Assembly: GCA_965285935.1 (NCBI GenBank)
Contig: OZ260665.1
Span: forward strand, 73,594,001 to 73,658,000
Direction: 5' to 3'
Source: Ophelia neglecta
Taxonomy: Eukaryota
Length of the DNA stretch: 64,000 nt
A model generated the notes under the pieces. The model was not told the origin of the DNA, ran no database searches, and saw nothing but the letters and a program-made list of their open reading frames with translations. This document shows positions 63,009 through 64,000 of this stretch, in pieces. Position 1 is the first letter of the stretch; every line of letters starts with the position of its first letter. A program made the translations under genes and the position numbers.

Positions 63009-64000
63009 AAATTAGTACATGCATGTGTTAGCTTTGTTTTTATTTTTCTAGAGCCCCAATGTAATATCTGATTTATATGAGGCTAATGAGAGGCAAATCA
63101 AAGTTCTAATTTTTCATGAACCTATTTCACAACCTATGTTAAATTTGAAGTTTTTTTGTTAGTTAAGTAGCTGCTGAGTTAAAGTGTGGAGGAATATAGA
63201 AACATCTCCAACACGTGCACGTATACAAAGTATATATATAGTCTGTGTAAACACATATGACACTGACAAGGAGGCTAAGTCACATATAATTCCGGTTATG
63301 ACAAATTCATGGTTCGCCTTCGGCCCAACCGCGGCTTCCTGCGGTTTTTTATCTCTTGCCGTGTCGCTACTGAGTTGGGCGCATCGCCCGTTTTGCACTT
63401 AAAACAAGCTCATTGTGCTTTTTAAAGACATTTTCTTTACATTTCTGTACAAGTTCGCGCAATTTCAAAATAAATGGCACGTCATGCTTTTAGGAAAACA
63501 CATATTTAACCATGCATTGAAATTAGTCACTTGATATATACTCTTCTCTTTACTGCCCTGTTCATGTTTATATGTGAGGCACTCCTAAATAAAAGGCATA
63601 TTAATGAAGTTAATTGTTTGATGTTCGAGCTATTTTTGTGACATTTTTGGAACAAAATTAATGTACTAGTATTATGTCTATGAGTGTCACCCAATATCTA
63701 CCGACTGACATATTCTCAGCAACTTATAAAGAGTGCAGCTGTACAATTTATAATATATTTGCATTATATGCCGCTCGATTAAAGAAATATGTCCATAACG
63801 CGGGTATTGGCATTAATTCCATATTTTCTAGACTAGCCGTTTATTAGCGGACTGAAATAAAATGTATTGAGCACTCGAGGGTGAGTATTACCAGCCAGTC
63901 AAGGAGGCAATTTACTGCGTCATAGAATAACATCTTGTCGGTCAAGATGAATGTCCTGTTTGTCTAATTCCTACTCAATTATCATAAAATTAAAGAAATT

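Overview
Animal genomic DNA, AT-rich and intron-containing; the repeat families resemble those of lophotrochozoans such as molluscs (inference). (1) A single-exon neurogenin/tap proneural bHLH gene on the minus strand (CDS 13415-12543, 290 aa), with a TATA-like/Inr core promoter and a ~1.2 kb 3'UTR. It lies in ~37 kb of non-coding, transposon-poor sequence with GC-rich islands and a strongly over-represented 9-mer, GCAGACGAC. (2) A complete 33-exon xanthine dehydrogenase/aldehyde oxidase family gene on the plus strand (40421-58852, 1263 aa by manual splicing). It has a U12-type intron 2, a GC-AG intron, and an unusual active site: Glu802->Asp and Arg880->Lys equivalents, remodelled funnel loops and loss of NAD-binding motifs. 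(3) The first two exons of a tandem paralog (62120-62775) that keeps the U12 donor. (4) Many non-autonomous elements in and around the XDH-like genes: a tRNA-derived SINE, Helentron/DINE-like elements with internal satellites, a Kolobok-like TTAA element and several MITEs. All work was by eye; reference residue numbers and exon sizes are recalled and need alignment to confirm.
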